DNA from: an uncultured bacterium
GTDB lineage: Bacteria > SAR324 > NAC60-12
DNA length: 64,000 nucleotides
Assembly (NCBI GenBank): GCA_965662235.1
Contig: CBFIGY010000001.1
Coordinates: forward strand, 288,001-352,000
Reading direction: 5' to 3'
In this document: positions 40,391 through 49,975 of the stretch, piece after piece
How positions within the stretch are numbered: position 1 is the first letter of the stretch
Layout of the letters: the number at the start of each line of letters is the position of its first letter
Translations under genes and position numbers: made by a program
Notes under the pieces: model-generated
Told to the model about the DNA's origin: nothing
Seen by the model: the letters and a program-made list of their open reading frames with translations, nothing else
The model's database searches: none

Positions 40391-42178
40391 TTAGGCCGCC
40401 GTGCGGGTGATTTCCGGCTTCCGGAACTGGAGTTCTGCCAAGCGGGCATAGAGCGGAGAGGTCTGAAGCAGCTCGCTGTGGGTGCCTAGGGCGACCACCT
40501 GACCTTGGTCCATGACCGCAATGCGGTCCGCATCCATCACGGTGGCCAGCCGGTGGGCAATGACCAGGGTCGTCCGGCCTCGCATGAGCGGGATGAGGGC
40601 GTCTTGCACCACCCGTTCGCTCTCCGCATCAAGGGCGCTGGTGGCTTCATCCAGCAGCAGCAGTGTGGGGTCCCGGAGGATGGCGCGGGCAATGGCGAGC
40701 CGTTGCCGCTGCCCCCCAGAAAGCCGAACCCCTTGTTCGCCGAGGAAGCTGTCGTAGCCTTCCGGAAGCGCGCTCAGGAAGTCGTGGGCATGAGCCGAAC
40801 GGGTGGCCGCTAGGATTTCGGCTTCGCTGGCTTCAGGTTTGCCATACCGGAGGTTCTCCCAGACGGTGGTGCTGAACAGCGTCGGTTGCTGTGGAACCAG
40901 CGCTAGGTGCTCGCGTAGATCGGCCAGTCGGAGGTTCCGGAGGTCCACCCCATCAAAGCAAATGCGCCCCTGCTGCGGGTCGTAGAAGCGGATGAGCAGG
41001 TCGAGCAGAGTGGACTTGCCGGCCCCGGAGGGTCCAACCAAGGCGAGCGTCATGCCGGCGTCAACCTGCAGACTGAGGTTCCGGAGGGCCGGAACGTCCG
41101 GGCGGGACGGGTAGGCGAAGGTGACGTTTTCTAGGGAAACGGCTCCCTGCACCGGCTGAGTGAGGACTTGAGGAGTGGCCGGATCCTGAATGGCGGGCTG
41201 AGCTTCAAGCAGCTCCATGAGCCGCTCTGTGGCGCCAGCGGCCCGTTGCAGGTCACCGATGACCTCGCTGAGGAAGCCGAGGGAGCTTGCGACAATGAGG
41301 GCGTAAAACACAAACGCGGCCAGCTCGCCTGGGGTGATGCGTCCGGCCAGCACATCCTGTCCGCCGACCCAGAGCATGCCTCCGATGGCGCCCATGACCA
41401 GCGTCATCACCACCGCAATCAGCACCGCACGCTGACGGATGCGCTGACGTCCGGCCTGGAAGGCGGCTTCGACGTGCTGACCAAAGGCGGTTTCGTCATA
41501 CGATTGGTGATTGGTGGCCTGGACGATCTTGATGTGCTGCAGGGCTTCACCAACGTAAGCGCCAACCGAGGCGACCTTGTCTTGGCTGTCACGGGAAAGC
41601 TTCCGGACCCGGCGTCCAAAGATCACAATCGGAGAAACCAGCAGCGGAACTGCAACCAGCACAATGGCGGTCAGCTTGGGGTTGGTCCAAAACAGCCACC
41701 CCACGCCACCAATCAGCATGAGGGCGTTCCGTAGGGCAACAGAGAGGGAGGAGCCGATGACGGTCTGGAGGACGGTGGTGTCAGCGGTGATGCGGGCCTG
41801 AATTTCGCCGCTCAGGTTGGTTTCAAAGAACCCGGGGTGGAGGCGGAGGAGGTGTGAAAAGACTTCCTTGCGCAGGTCGGCACTGACGCGTTCCCCCAGC
41901 CAAGAAACCAGGTAGAAGCGCGCAAAGGTGCCCCCGGCCATGAGGACCACCAGTGTCAGAAAGATCAGCAGCGTTTGGGTGAGGGCTTCTGGAGAACCGG
42001 CAACAAACCCTTGGTCAATGAGCAGTCGGACGCCCTGTCCCAAGGAAAGGGAGATGCCGGCTGTAAAGATCAGGGCGATCGCTGCGCCAATCAGGCGGGT
42101 TGTGTAGCGCCTGAGGAAGCGTAGAGCTGGCAGAAAGTTGGAAAGCCGTTTGCTTTTTGCCCGGCCAGCGGTGTCCAT
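40391..42178 (-). CDS. ABC exporter, fused permease/ATPase (MsbA-like family)
   Basis: 6-TM domain, GPSGAGKS, LSGGQRQR, LLDEATSALD and IAHRL motifs; start ATG 42178. Confidence 0.92.
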   Translation of the reverse strand: MDTAGRAKSKRLSNFLPALRFLRRYTTRLIGAAIALIFTAGISLSLGQGVRLLIDQGFVAGSPEALTQTLLIFLTLVVLMAGGTFARFYLVSWLGERVSADLRKEVFSHLLRLHPGFFETNLSGEIQARITADTTVLQTVIGSSLSVALRNALMLIGGVGWLFWTNPKLTAIVLVAVPLLVSPIVIFGRRVRKLSRDSQDKVASVGAYVGEALQHIKIVQATNHQSYDETAFGQHVEAAFQAGRQRIRQRAVLIAVVMTLVMGAIGGMLWVGGQDVLAGRITPGELAAFVFYALIVASSLGFLSEVIGDLQRAAGATERLMELLEAQPAIQDPATPQVLTQPVQGAVSLENVTFAYPSRPDVPALRNLSLQVDAGMTLALVGPSGAGKSTLLDLLIRFYDPQQGRICFDGVDLRNLRLADLREHLALVPQQPTLFSTTVWENLRYGKPEASEAEILAATRSAHAHDFLSALPEGYDSFLGEQGVRLSGGQRQRLAIARAILRDPTLLLLDEATSALDAESERVVQDALIPLMRGRTTLVIAHRLATVMDADRIAVMDQGQVVALGTHSELLQTSPLYARLAELQFRKPEITRTAA

Positions 42179-42363
42179 CAAGAGGCGTCTGAAGAGGTCG
42201 CAAAAGGTCCGGACGCACGGATCGCCAGTGCCTGCACGGCCTGAGCGCTTCCGTAAAGCAAGGAGCAGCGGTTGGAGGCTCCGTAGGCATGGTTCATTTC
42301 CTTCAGCCAGGCCAGTTCCTGCAGGCGCTGCTGAACCATCCACCGCCAATAAGTTTTTGACAT
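42178..42363 (-). CDS. Possible 61-aa small protein coupled to the ABC exporter
   Basis: GGAG upstream of the ATG; its TGA overlaps the exporter ATG (TGATG). Confidence 0.4.
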   Translation of the reverse strand: MSKTYWRWMVQQRLQELAWLKEMNHAYGASNRCSLLYGSAQAVQALAIRASGPFATSSDAS

Positions 42364-42529
42364 GTCACGCTCCGTATGAGTAAAACTTTTACCCTAGAGT
42401 AGCGCTTTTTAGAAAAAAGAGAAATTGTGCCGTTCAATGGGGTTTGCTTTTTTGATTGGAGAAATTGTCAATCAGAAGCAGGCCTTAACCTCATTTCAAT
42501 TCAACTTCAATTCAAGCGGAAGGAGTGCA

Positions 42530-42814
42530 TTGCGTGTTTTTGTGTGCCTGGCGACGTTGCTGCTGACCGGAAGCAGCCTAGGGGCAACGGGGCTGGACTA
42601 CGCCAAGTTGCGTCAGTTCATTGAAGAACGTCAGTCCCGACAGAAGATGCTTTCCACCTCCACCGTCCGCAATCCGGTCTTGGACTACAAGAAGCTGGAG
42701 GCGGTGGTGAAGGAGCATCAGCGGGAAAAGCCGGACCTGACGCGGGTCAAGCAAACGGTCTTCTGTCAGGGGTGCTACGTCAAGTCCGTCCTGATCTCCA
42801 GGCGGGAGCGTTAG
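42530..42814 (+). CDS. Small exported hypothetical protein with LDYxKL repeat and CxxC
   Basis: AAGGAG RBS before TTG 42530; signal-like N-terminus; LDYAKL/LDYKKL; CQGC. Confidence 0.55.
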   Translation: MRVFVCLATLLLTGSSLGATGLDYAKLRQFIEERQSRQKMLSTSTVRNPVLDYKKLEAVVKEHQREKPDLTRVKQTVFCQGCYVKSVLISRRER

Positions 42815-42823
42815 GGCGGGGGC

Positions 42824-43576
42824 ATGGTTGCACAGTCGTTCAAGGATTACTTTTCTCAGCAGTCCGTCACGTATGCCCAGAGCCGTCCGCGCTATCCGGA
42901 AGCCCTGTTTGCGTTTTTGGTGCAGCAAGTCGGCTCGTGTCAGCGGGCCTGGGATGCCGGATGCGGCAACGGGCAGGCGTCTGTGGGACTGGCTGCCCAT
43001 TTTGAACAGGTGGTGGCGACGGATCCGAGCCGTGCTCAGCTGGACCAAGCGGAGGCTCCGGCCCATGTGCGCTTTGTGAAGGCAGCCGAGACCTGCTCTG
43101 AGCTTGCTGACGCGAGCGTGGACCTGGTCACGGTAGCACAGGCGCTCCACTGGTTTGACCGCCCTCGGTTTTATGAGGAGGTCCGGAGGGTGTTGCGTCC
43201 AGGTGGTTGGGTGGCCTGTTGGACCTACAACCTTCCCCGCTTTGATCCGGGGGTAGACGCTCTGGTGGATCGGTTCTACCATGATCAGGTCGGGTCGTTC
43301 TGGAACATGGAGCGACGCTTCGTGGAAGCCGGCTATGCCACCCTTGACTTTCCCTTCCGGGAGGTCCAGGCTCCGCCCTTTGAGATCCGCACGGTGTGGT
43401 CGTTGGATCAGCTGCTGCAGTACCTCAGGAGCTGGTCGGCCACCCGGCACTTCATGGAGGCACGTGGAGTGGATCCGGTGGAGGCCTATGAAACTGATTT
43501 TTCACGTGTTTGGGGAAGTCCGGAAACGGAGCGTGAAGGACGGTGGCCGGTTCACATGCGCTTGGGGCAGCCATGA
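42824..43576 (+). CDS. Class I SAM-dependent methyltransferase
   Basis: YAQSRPRYP, WDAGCGNGQ, VAQALHWFD and LRPGG motifs. Confidence 0.92.
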   Translation: MVAQSFKDYFSQQSVTYAQSRPRYPEALFAFLVQQVGSCQRAWDAGCGNGQASVGLAAHFEQVVATDPSRAQLDQAEAPAHVRFVKAAETCSELADASVDLVTVAQALHWFDRPRFYEEVRRVLRPGGWVACWTYNLPRFDPGVDALVDRFYHDQVGSFWNMERRFVEAGYATLDFPFREVQAPPFEIRTVWSLDQLLQYLRSWSATRHFMEARGVDPVEAYETDFSRVWGSPETEREGRWPVHMRLGQP

Positions 43577-43782
43577 CCTTCAATCAGTGGCTGGTGCTGC
43601 TGGCGGGAGCCGTGGGCCTGATCGCGGCTGGTTACGAGATCTGGCACCGGTTCCGGCGGTGGAAGCAGCAACCCGAGGAACTCAATGAATTGGATCTGGA
43701 CCGCATGGTACGGTTGGCAATCGTGTTTGCTGTGCTTGTGGCCAGCATCTGGCTAGGGATGCCTGACATCTTTGGCACCTGA
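43573..43782 (+). CDS. Small two-TM membrane protein
   Basis: ATGA overlap with the methyltransferase stop; two hydrophobic helices. Confidence 0.6.
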   Translation: MTFNQWLVLLAGAVGLIAAGYEIWHRFRRWKQQPEELNELDLDRMVRLAIVFAVLVASIWLGMPDIFGT

Positions 43783-43817
43783 GCAGAATGCCCTGCTCAT
43801 CAAAACAGGAGGATTTT

Positions 43818-44072
43818 ATGAAAATGTCACTGCTCAAGCAGTTTCCCCTAGAGGAACTCAAGCTCGTCTATCAGGTCCTGCACCGCAACCTGAAGCATGA
43901 GCCCGAGCTATGGGACTCAATGATGCTCGAGCAGCTTCAGATGGAGCTGCAGCAGCACGCCTCCCGTCAAGGGTACAACACTTCCATTCACCTGGAGTGG
44001 GAGCGTTTTCTTCAAAATGAGCCCCGCCGCAACCCACCGCATCTGCAGGTGTTTGAAGGCGGGCTCGCCTAA
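43818..44072 (+). CDS. Small hypothetical cytoplasmic protein
   Basis: Strong AGGAGG RBS; helical sequence ending HLQVFEGGLA. Confidence 0.6.
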   Translation: MKMSLLKQFPLEELKLVYQVLHRNLKHEPELWDSMMLEQLQMELQQHASRQGYNTSIHLEWERFLQNEPRRNPPHLQVFEGGLA

Positions 44073-44653
44073 TCTCCCGTCAGTTGCTCCGGAGCATGCT
44101 TCTGGAGCAGCTGTATCCGAATCGTCCCATACGTCTTTTCACGCTGCAGCTTCCAGTTTGGAGGAGGCGCGAGCGTTTTCTCCACCGGACTCTCCACCAC
44201 CATCCACGACCCTTCCGGAAACGCACTTGAGGCGGACAGTAGGGGAAAGAGGACCTCGTACAGGTTGGACTGGTAAGGCGGATCCAGGAAGACAACGCAC
44301 GGGCGTTGCTCCGGATTGTCAAAGGTAGGGAGCCAGCGCTCTGCGCGTTCGGCGAGCACTTCCGCCTGCTCCGGAGGCACCCGGAGGCTGTCTAGGTTCT
44401 GACGCAGCACCTGCAGGTGCCGACGAGAAGGTTCCAGCCAGATCACCCGATCAGCACCGCGGCTGAGGGCTTCCAGCCCCAAGGCTCCGCTTCCTGCGAA
44501 AAGATCCAGCACCAGCTTGCCGTCCCATTCAAGGACGTGATGGAGCATGCTGAAGAGGGCTTCTCGGACCCGGTCGGTGGTGGGCCGGACGCCTCGGCCG
44601 TCCGGGACCTGTAGCTTGCGTCCCCGCCAGGTTCCCGCGATAATGCGAAGCAT
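44069..44653 (-). CDS. rsmD: 16S rRNA m2G966 methyltransferase
   Basis: LRIIAG, RPTTDRVREALF, DLFAGSGALGLEALSRGA and DPPY motifs. Confidence 0.95.
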   Translation of the reverse strand: MLRIIAGTWRGRKLQVPDGRGVRPTTDRVREALFSMLHHVLEWDGKLVLDLFAGSGALGLEALSRGADRVIWLEPSRRHLQVLRQNLDSLRVPPEQAEVLAERAERWLPTFDNPEQRPCVVFLDPPYQSNLYEVLFPLLSASSAFPEGSWMVVESPVEKTLAPPPNWKLQREKTYGTIRIQLLQKHAPEQLTGD

Positions 44654-44678
44654 GATGACTCGTTAGTGAAACACGGAT

Positions 44679-45173
44679 TTGGAATCGTTTGTTTTAGGGC
44701 TGGGCAGCAACTTGGGCGACCGCCTCGGGTTCCTGCGTCAGGCTTGTTTTCGGCTGGAGCAGGCCCTAGGCCCGCTGCAGAACTCCCCTGTCTATGAAAG
44801 CCTCCCCCTTTTGGGGATGGAGCAACCCCTTTACTGCAACCAGGTGGTGGGGGGACAGACCGGTTTGCCCCCTCAGGCGCTTCTGGAGCAGTGCCTCCGC
44901 ATTGAGCAGGAGCTGGGTCGGATTCGGACGGAGCACTGGGGCCCTCGGACCATTGATATTGATGTGCTGGCCTATGGAGCCCAGGTGATTGAAGAGCCTG
45001 GCCTGCAGGTGCCACATCCGGGCATTGAGCAGCGGAGTTTTGTGCTGCTTCCCTGGATGAGCCTAGATCCGGACTGGCGGCACCCTCGGAGTGGCCTCAG
45101 TGTGGCGCAGCTTTGGGAGAACTGGCAAGCGCAGGCAACCGAACCTCCTCCGCAGCCACTGGAGCCACGCTAA
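44679..45173 (+). CDS. folK: 6-hydroxymethyl-7,8-dihydropterin pyrophosphokinase
   Basis: LGLGSNLG, WGPRTIDID, VPHP and RSFVLLP motifs. Confidence 0.95.
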   Translation: MESFVLGLGSNLGDRLGFLRQACFRLEQALGPLQNSPVYESLPLLGMEQPLYCNQVVGGQTGLPPQALLEQCLRIEQELGRIRTEHWGPRTIDIDVLAYGAQVIEEPGLQVPHPGIEQRSFVLLPWMSLDPDWRHPRSGLSVAQLWENWQAQATEPPPQPLEPR

Positions 45174-45886
45174 CCAAACAGGTCAGGCTGCTGAGGAAGA
45201 GAAGGCGCCGGAGCAGCAGGTTCCGGAACCGGCTCCACGAGGAAGGGGGCATCCACTGAAACGGTGTTGACCTCCCGCGACACCGGCCATGCCTGAAGCC
45301 ACGCGTCTGGACAGGGCTGGAGCCACCGCAGCCAGTCGGCATCGGGACGTCGACGCTCATCCAACCACTCCCACAAAGCCACCTCTTCCAGCAGCGCGGG
45401 CATGCGATTGTGCAGGGGCGTCATGAAGGCGTTGGCAGCGGTGGTAACAATGGCCACGGTGTGCTTGCGGGTCTGGGACGCTAGGTCCACCCATGTGTCA
45501 CAGATGCCTGCGAAGCCCATGGGCTTCCCGGACTGGAGGGAAATGTAGTAGGGTTGCTTTCCGAAGGAGGTCGGCTTCCACTCATAAAAACCGGAGGCAG
45601 GCACCACGCATCGCTCTCGCCGGAGCGGCACCCGAAAGGAAGGCTTTTCCACCAGCGTTTCTGCACGGGCGTTGATGAGGGGCCGGAAGCCCGGCTTCGC
45701 CCAAGCGGGAACAAGCCCCCACTCCCGAGTCTCCAGCGTCCGTCGACCATCTCGCTGCAGCAGGACGGTCACGTCTTGAGCCGGGGCACGGTTGAATCCG
45801 TGCTGCACGGCGGTTTCGGCTGCTTGAATGGAGAAGTGCTCCATGAGCTGAGGCTCCGACTCCTGGAGCACAAAGCGGCCACACAT
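45170..45886 (-). CDS. SRAP family abasic-site crosslinking protein (YedK/HMCES-like)
   Basis: N-terminal MCGRF, INARAET, GFYEW and HNRMP motifs. Confidence 0.93.
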   Translation of the reverse strand: MCGRFVLQESEPQLMEHFSIQAAETAVQHGFNRAPAQDVTVLLQRDGRRTLETREWGLVPAWAKPGFRPLINARAETLVEKPSFRVPLRRERCVVPASGFYEWKPTSFGKQPYYISLQSGKPMGFAGICDTWVDLASQTRKHTVAIVTTAANAFMTPLHNRMPALLEEVALWEWLDERRRPDADWLRWLQPCPDAWLQAWPVSREVNTVSVDAPFLVEPVPEPAAPAPSLPQQPDLFG

Positions 45887-45889
45887 GAG

Positions 45890-46984
45890 CTAGGACGCGA
45901 GGCGGAGCAGGGTCTCTCGGGAACCGCCCAGGGCTTCCATGGAAAGGAGGATCTGCTCCCAGGTGGTGTCGTCGATGGGAATGCCTTCTGCCTCCCGGAG
46001 GGCCCGGGTGGCGCGCTCGGGATCACCTGCCACCTGCACCGGAGTGTCTGCTTGTGCTGCCGGAGATTCCTTGAAGTACCGCACCAGCGATGCCACTCCT
46101 TGTTCCATCCATCCCGGCTCCACCAGACGGTTGGGGTCCACGAGGAAGGTCATCATGTTGTTGATGATGCCGCCTTCCCGGGGGTGTTCTGGAGAAATGG
46201 TTCCCCCGCCACTCAGCAGTCCCCCCAGCAACTCACAGAAGAGCGCCAGCCCATAGCCCTTGTAATCGCCCATGGGGGTCAGGGCTCCTTTGGGCGGCAG
46301 AGGCGTGTGCTCTGGGAAGAGGTAGGCTTCCATGACCGCCGGATCCTGAGTGGGCTGTCCCTGGTGGTCAATGACGAGGCCTTCCCGAAGAGTCTCCCCC
46401 TTGTTGAGCGCCACCCGGACCTTCCCGAGCGCCACCCGACTGGTGGCCATGTCCAGCAGCAGCGGAGGCTGCTCAGCGGAACCTGGCATGGCAAGGCAAA
46501 CCGGATTGGTGGCAAAGCGGGCGTCAGAACCGCCGTGCGGGGCGACGAGGGGGGAGTGGTCGGTGACATTGACAAAGTGCACAGAGACGAGTCCGGCAGC
46601 AATCGCTTGCTCGCCGTAGGTGCCAATGCGACCAATGTGGTGGGCGTTCCGCAGGGTCATGAGAACGAGTCCGGACTGCCGGCACTGCTCAATCGACTGC
46701 TCCATGGCCTGACGAGCCATGGCTTGGCCGTAACCGCGCTGTCCGTCAAACATGAGGATCGAGCCGTCTCGCTTGACGCAGGCAACGGTTTGGTTCGGAT
46801 GCAGCAGCCCTGCTTTCAGGTTCCGGACATAGATGGGCAGCATGCCCACGCCGTGGCTGTCGTGTCCGGTCAGGTTGGCCCCCACTAGGTGGCGGGCCAC
46901 GATCTCCGCTTCCGCAGGTGAACTACCCCCTTGCTGCAGGAGCGCGATGACGACTTGGGTCAGGGACTCAGGAGGCAGAAGCAT
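45890..46984 (-). CDS. hcxB: Ldh_2 family hydroxycarboxylate dehydrogenase (YbiC/HcxB-like)
   Basis: GHDSHG, HHIGRIG, TNP, LDMATS and YKGYGL motifs; AGGAGG RBS before ATG 46984. Confidence 0.8.
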   Translation of the reverse strand: MLLPPESLTQVVIALLQQGGSSPAEAEIVARHLVGANLTGHDSHGVGMLPIYVRNLKAGLLHPNQTVACVKRDGSILMFDGQRGYGQAMARQAMEQSIEQCRQSGLVLMTLRNAHHIGRIGTYGEQAIAAGLVSVHFVNVTDHSPLVAPHGGSDARFATNPVCLAMPGSAEQPPLLLDMATSRVALGKVRVALNKGETLREGLVIDHQGQPTQDPAVMEAYLFPEHTPLPPKGALTPMGDYKGYGLALFCELLGGLLSGGGTISPEHPREGGIINNMMTFLVDPNRLVEPGWMEQGVASLVRYFKESPAAQADTPVQVAGDPERATRALREAEGIPIDDTTWEQILLSMEALGGSRETLLRLAS

Positions 46985-47014
46985 GGGGCCTCCTGATGTC
47001 AACGGTCAGTGGGC

Positions 47015-48208
47015 TCATGCTCCGGTGAAGGCCTGGAGCCCGGTTTGGGCCCGTCCCAGGATGAGGGCGTGAATGTCGTGGGTGCCTTCGTAGGTGTTCA
47101 CGGTCTCTAGGTTGATGAGGTGCCGCATGACGTGGTACTCGTCAGAGATGCCGTTGCCGCCATGCATGTCCCGGGAAAGCCGAGCCACGTCCAAGGCCTT
47201 GCCGCAGTTGTTGCGCTTCATCAAGGAGATCAGTTCTGGAGGACACTGGCCTTCGTCCATGAGCCGAGCCATTTGCAGGCAGCCCTGCAGGCCAAGCGTG
47301 ATTTCGGTTTGCATGTCCGCCAGCTTCTTCTGAATGAGTTGGTTGGCGGCTAGGGGACGTCCGAACTGAACGCGGTCCAGGGTGTACTGGCGGGCGGCAT
47401 GCCAGCAGAACTCTGCAGCGCCCAGGGTGCCCCAGGCGATGCCAAACCGAGCCTTGTTGAGGCAGCCGAAGGGGCCCTTCAATCCTTCCACATTCGGAAG
47501 CTCGTTTTCAGCAGGGACAAAGACCTCGTTCATGACGATCTCGCCGGTAATCGATGCCTTCAGGGAAAGCTTGCCTCCGACCTTGGGGGCGCTCAGACCG
47601 TCCATGCCCTTTTCCAGAATGAAGCCCCGGATCTTGCCGGCGTCGTTTTTGGCCCAGACGACAAAGACATCAGCAATGGGAGAATTGGTGATCCACATCT
47701 TTGCGCCAGTCAACCGGAAGCCGCCGTCAACGGTCTTGGCCCGGGTTTCCATGCCACCGGGGTCGGAGCCATGGTCGGGCTCGGTCAAACCGAAGCAGCC
47801 CACCCACTCACCGGTGGCGAGTTTGGGGAGGTACTTCTGTCGCTGTTCCTCAGAGCCGTAGGCGAAGATGGGGTACATGACGAGGCTGGACTGCACGCTC
47901 ATGGCCGAGCGGTAACCGGAGTCCACCCGCTCCACTTCGCGGGCGATCAGGCCATAGGCCACGTGGTTGGCCCCGACGCCTCCGTATTCCTCAGGAATGG
48001 TTGCTCCCAGGAAGCCCAGCTCTCCCAACTCGTTCATGATCTCACGGTCAAAACGCTCCTGACGGGTCGCCTCAAGGATGCGGGGCATGAGCTTGGACTG
48101 GCAGTAGTCGTGAGCCGTGTCACGGATCAGCCGTTCCTCTTCCGTCAGTTGCTCATTGAGAGACAGGGGGTCCGACCAATCAAAGGTCGCGCGTGCAGAC
48201 TGAGACAT
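47015..48208 (-). CDS. gcdH: Glutaryl-CoA dehydrogenase
   Basis: [27 protein letters not shown] and [10 protein letters not shown] motifs. Confidence 0.94.
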   Translation of the reverse strand: MSQSARATFDWSDPLSLNEQLTEEERLIRDTAHDYCQSKLMPRILEATRQERFDREIMNELGELGFLGATIPEEYGGVGANHVAYGLIAREVERVDSGYRSAMSVQSSLVMYPIFAYGSEEQRQKYLPKLATGEWVGCFGLTEPDHGSDPGGMETRAKTVDGGFRLTGAKMWITNSPIADVFVVWAKNDAGKIRGFILEKGMDGLSAPKVGGKLSLKASITGEIVMNEVFVPAENELPNVEGLKGPFGCLNKARFGIAWGTLGAAEFCWHAARQYTLDRVQFGRPLAANQLIQKKLADMQTEITLGLQGCLQMARLMDEGQCPPELISLMKRNNCGKALDVARLSRDMHGGNGISDEYHVMRHLINLETVNTYEGTHDIHALILGRAQTGLQAFTGA

Positions 48209-48246
48209 AGAAACCTCCGGGATCAGTAAAAAATTAACAACACCTC

Positions 48247-48275
48247 ATGTTAGGGGGCACGTGCGGGTTTCGCAA
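48247..48275 (-). promoter_or_regulatory. Putative sigma70 promoter for gcdH
   Basis: Minus strand TTGCGA-17 bp-TAACAT, about 40 bp upstream of the start. Confidence 0.45.
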
Positions 48276-48404
48276 CGGAAATTCCCCCGTGTGGGGTCCA
48301 AGGGAAGCCGCAGGTGGGGTGGGGGATTCGAATTGAAAGCCTTGGGGGAATGCACTATTCTGCATCGCTTGAATTGGCAACCTCACAACCAGGTGGTTTT
48401 CCTC

Positions 48405-48878
48405 ATGCGATGGACAAAATCAATTGTGGCTTTTTGCGGACTGTTCCTCTTCCTAGGGTCAGCCGTTTGGGGCCTCTCTGATGAAGAATTTGAAAGGCGG
48501 TTTCTGGCCCTCTCTGACGCGTTGCGGTGTCCCACTTGTCAAGGTCTGTCCGTCAAAGACTCTGAGGCCGGCTTCTCGGAGCACATGAAGCAGAAGATTG
48601 AGGAGATGATCCGGGCGGGGAAGACAGACGACGAGGTGAAGGCGTTTTTTGTGGATCGTTACGGACAGTGGATCCTCCGGGAGCCGCCCAAGACGGGCTT
48701 CAACTTGCTGCTCTGGGTGCTTCCCGGGGCGGGGTTGGTGCTGGGGTTGGTGCTCGTCCTGCGCCGGTCGCGTCAGTGGGTGAAGGAACCGGAGGCTGAA
48801 CTGCCCGAAGAGGAGTCCCTCACTCCGGAGGAGCAGGCTCGGATCAATAAGGATCTGGAGCGTTTTGAAAACAGTTAG
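48405..48878 (+). CDS. ccmH: Cytochrome c biogenesis protein CcmH
   Basis: LRCPTCQG, FFVDRYG..IL..PP and LLWVLP motifs; signal peptide from ATG 48405. Confidence 0.9.
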   Translation: MRWTKSIVAFCGLFLFLGSAVWGLSDEEFERRFLALSDALRCPTCQGLSVKDSEAGFSEHMKQKIEEMIRAGKTDDEVKAFFVDRYGQWILREPPKTGFNLLLWVLPGAGLVLGLVLVLRRSRQWVKEPEAELPEEESLTPEEQARINKDLERFENS

Positions 48879-48893
48879 CGTCTTTCAAAAGCC

Positions 48894-49922
48894 TCAGGCC
48901 TTGAGGCGAAAGGCGTTGTAGTTGTCAAAGTTGATGCGGAAGTCAAAGCGGGCTTCCGCTTGGTGTTCCTCCAAGTAGCTCTGATAAAGGTGCCCCTCGC
49001 GCTGGAGGTATGACTCGACAAAGGAATCGTCAAAGCGCTCGCGGCTGTCGATCTCAAACAGGCGAGACGCTGCTTCCTTGGGAGAAACATCTAGGTGCAG
49101 GCGCAGGTCGAAGAGGTTTTCGAAGTCAGGCAGGAACAGGGTGGAGCCCCAGATCAGAAGGAGGCCCTCCGGAGGGGCGTAAAAGGGGAATGGCGTGATT
49201 TCCCACGCCTCAAGAAAAGAAGGGCTCTTCTCCTGAACCACCACCTCTCCGCGTGAGAAAGGGTGAAGGATGCTGTCCAGCACCCAGGAGCGTGCTTCCG
49301 GAGACCGCCAGTAGCCTGTGTTGGCAAACTCAAGGCCGAGCAACTCGGTCAGGTCCAACCCGGCGACCAGGAGGCCGAACTCTTCTAGGGCCTCAACCAA
49401 TTCACCGACGAAGAAGGCGTGGCCGCAGTCTTCCGGACCCCCGATTCCCAGAGTCAGGGGCATTCTGGGAGACGCGTCCTTGAGGTCACGCAAGCGGATG
49501 GCAAGGTCAAGGGCTGTGTTGCGGCTGGGATGGAAGATTTCCAGCAGGTCGTTGAGGTACTGGTATTGCAGTCCTCCGTGTGCACGGACCACCTCTTCGC
49601 CTCCTCCAAAAGGGAGCTGTTGATCGGCAAGCCACTCCAGAGCAAGCGGCGCATGCGAGATCCAGAATGTGTCAGGTCGTTGCAGCTGCGGATTCTGGGA
49701 AACCACTTCCTGTGGAGAGCCCTTGACCACTGAAAGGTGGTCCAATTCTCCCCAAGAAGTCAGGTCCGGTTGCTCAGAAAGCAGCAGCAGATGGAAGCCG
49801 CGCTCATCCAGAGTCCGGAGGATTTCACGGAAGTTCAGTAGACGATCTCCAGAAAGCTCGGTGCCCAGGCTGTCGAGGTCAAACGCGAGTTGCTTGATTT
49901 GATTCGGATGAAAATCGTCCAT
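48894..49922 (-). CDS. Hypothetical HAD-like / uridine-kinase-like fusion with degenerate motifs
   Basis: N-terminal LAFDLDS (DxD-like); C-terminal TLGIGGPEDCGHAF, LLIWGSTLF and FDLRLHLD follow the P-loop kinase layout. Confidence 0.55.
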   Translation of the reverse strand: MDDFHPNQIKQLAFDLDSLGTELSGDRLLNFREILRTLDERGFHLLLLSEQPDLTSWGELDHLSVVKGSPQEVVSQNPQLQRPDTFWISHAPLALEWLADQQLPFGGGEEVVRAHGGLQYQYLNDLLEIFHPSRNTALDLAIRLRDLKDASPRMPLTLGIGGPEDCGHAFFVGELVEALEEFGLLVAGLDLTELLGLEFANTGYWRSPEARSWVLDSILHPFSRGEVVVQEKSPSFLEAWEITPFPFYAPPEGLLLIWGSTLFLPDFENLFDLRLHLDVSPKEAASRLFEIDSRERFDDSFVESYLQREGHLYQSYLEEHQAEARFDFRINFDNYNAFRLKA

Positions 49923-49975
49923 AAAAAACGGTCTGCTTTGGGGGTGGCAATGACGTCCAAAACCAATAGTTTTTC

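Noticed and set aside
45554..46888. 444-aa plus-strand ORF
   Set aside because: Antisense to the hcxB and SRAP genes; typical high-GC shadow ORF.
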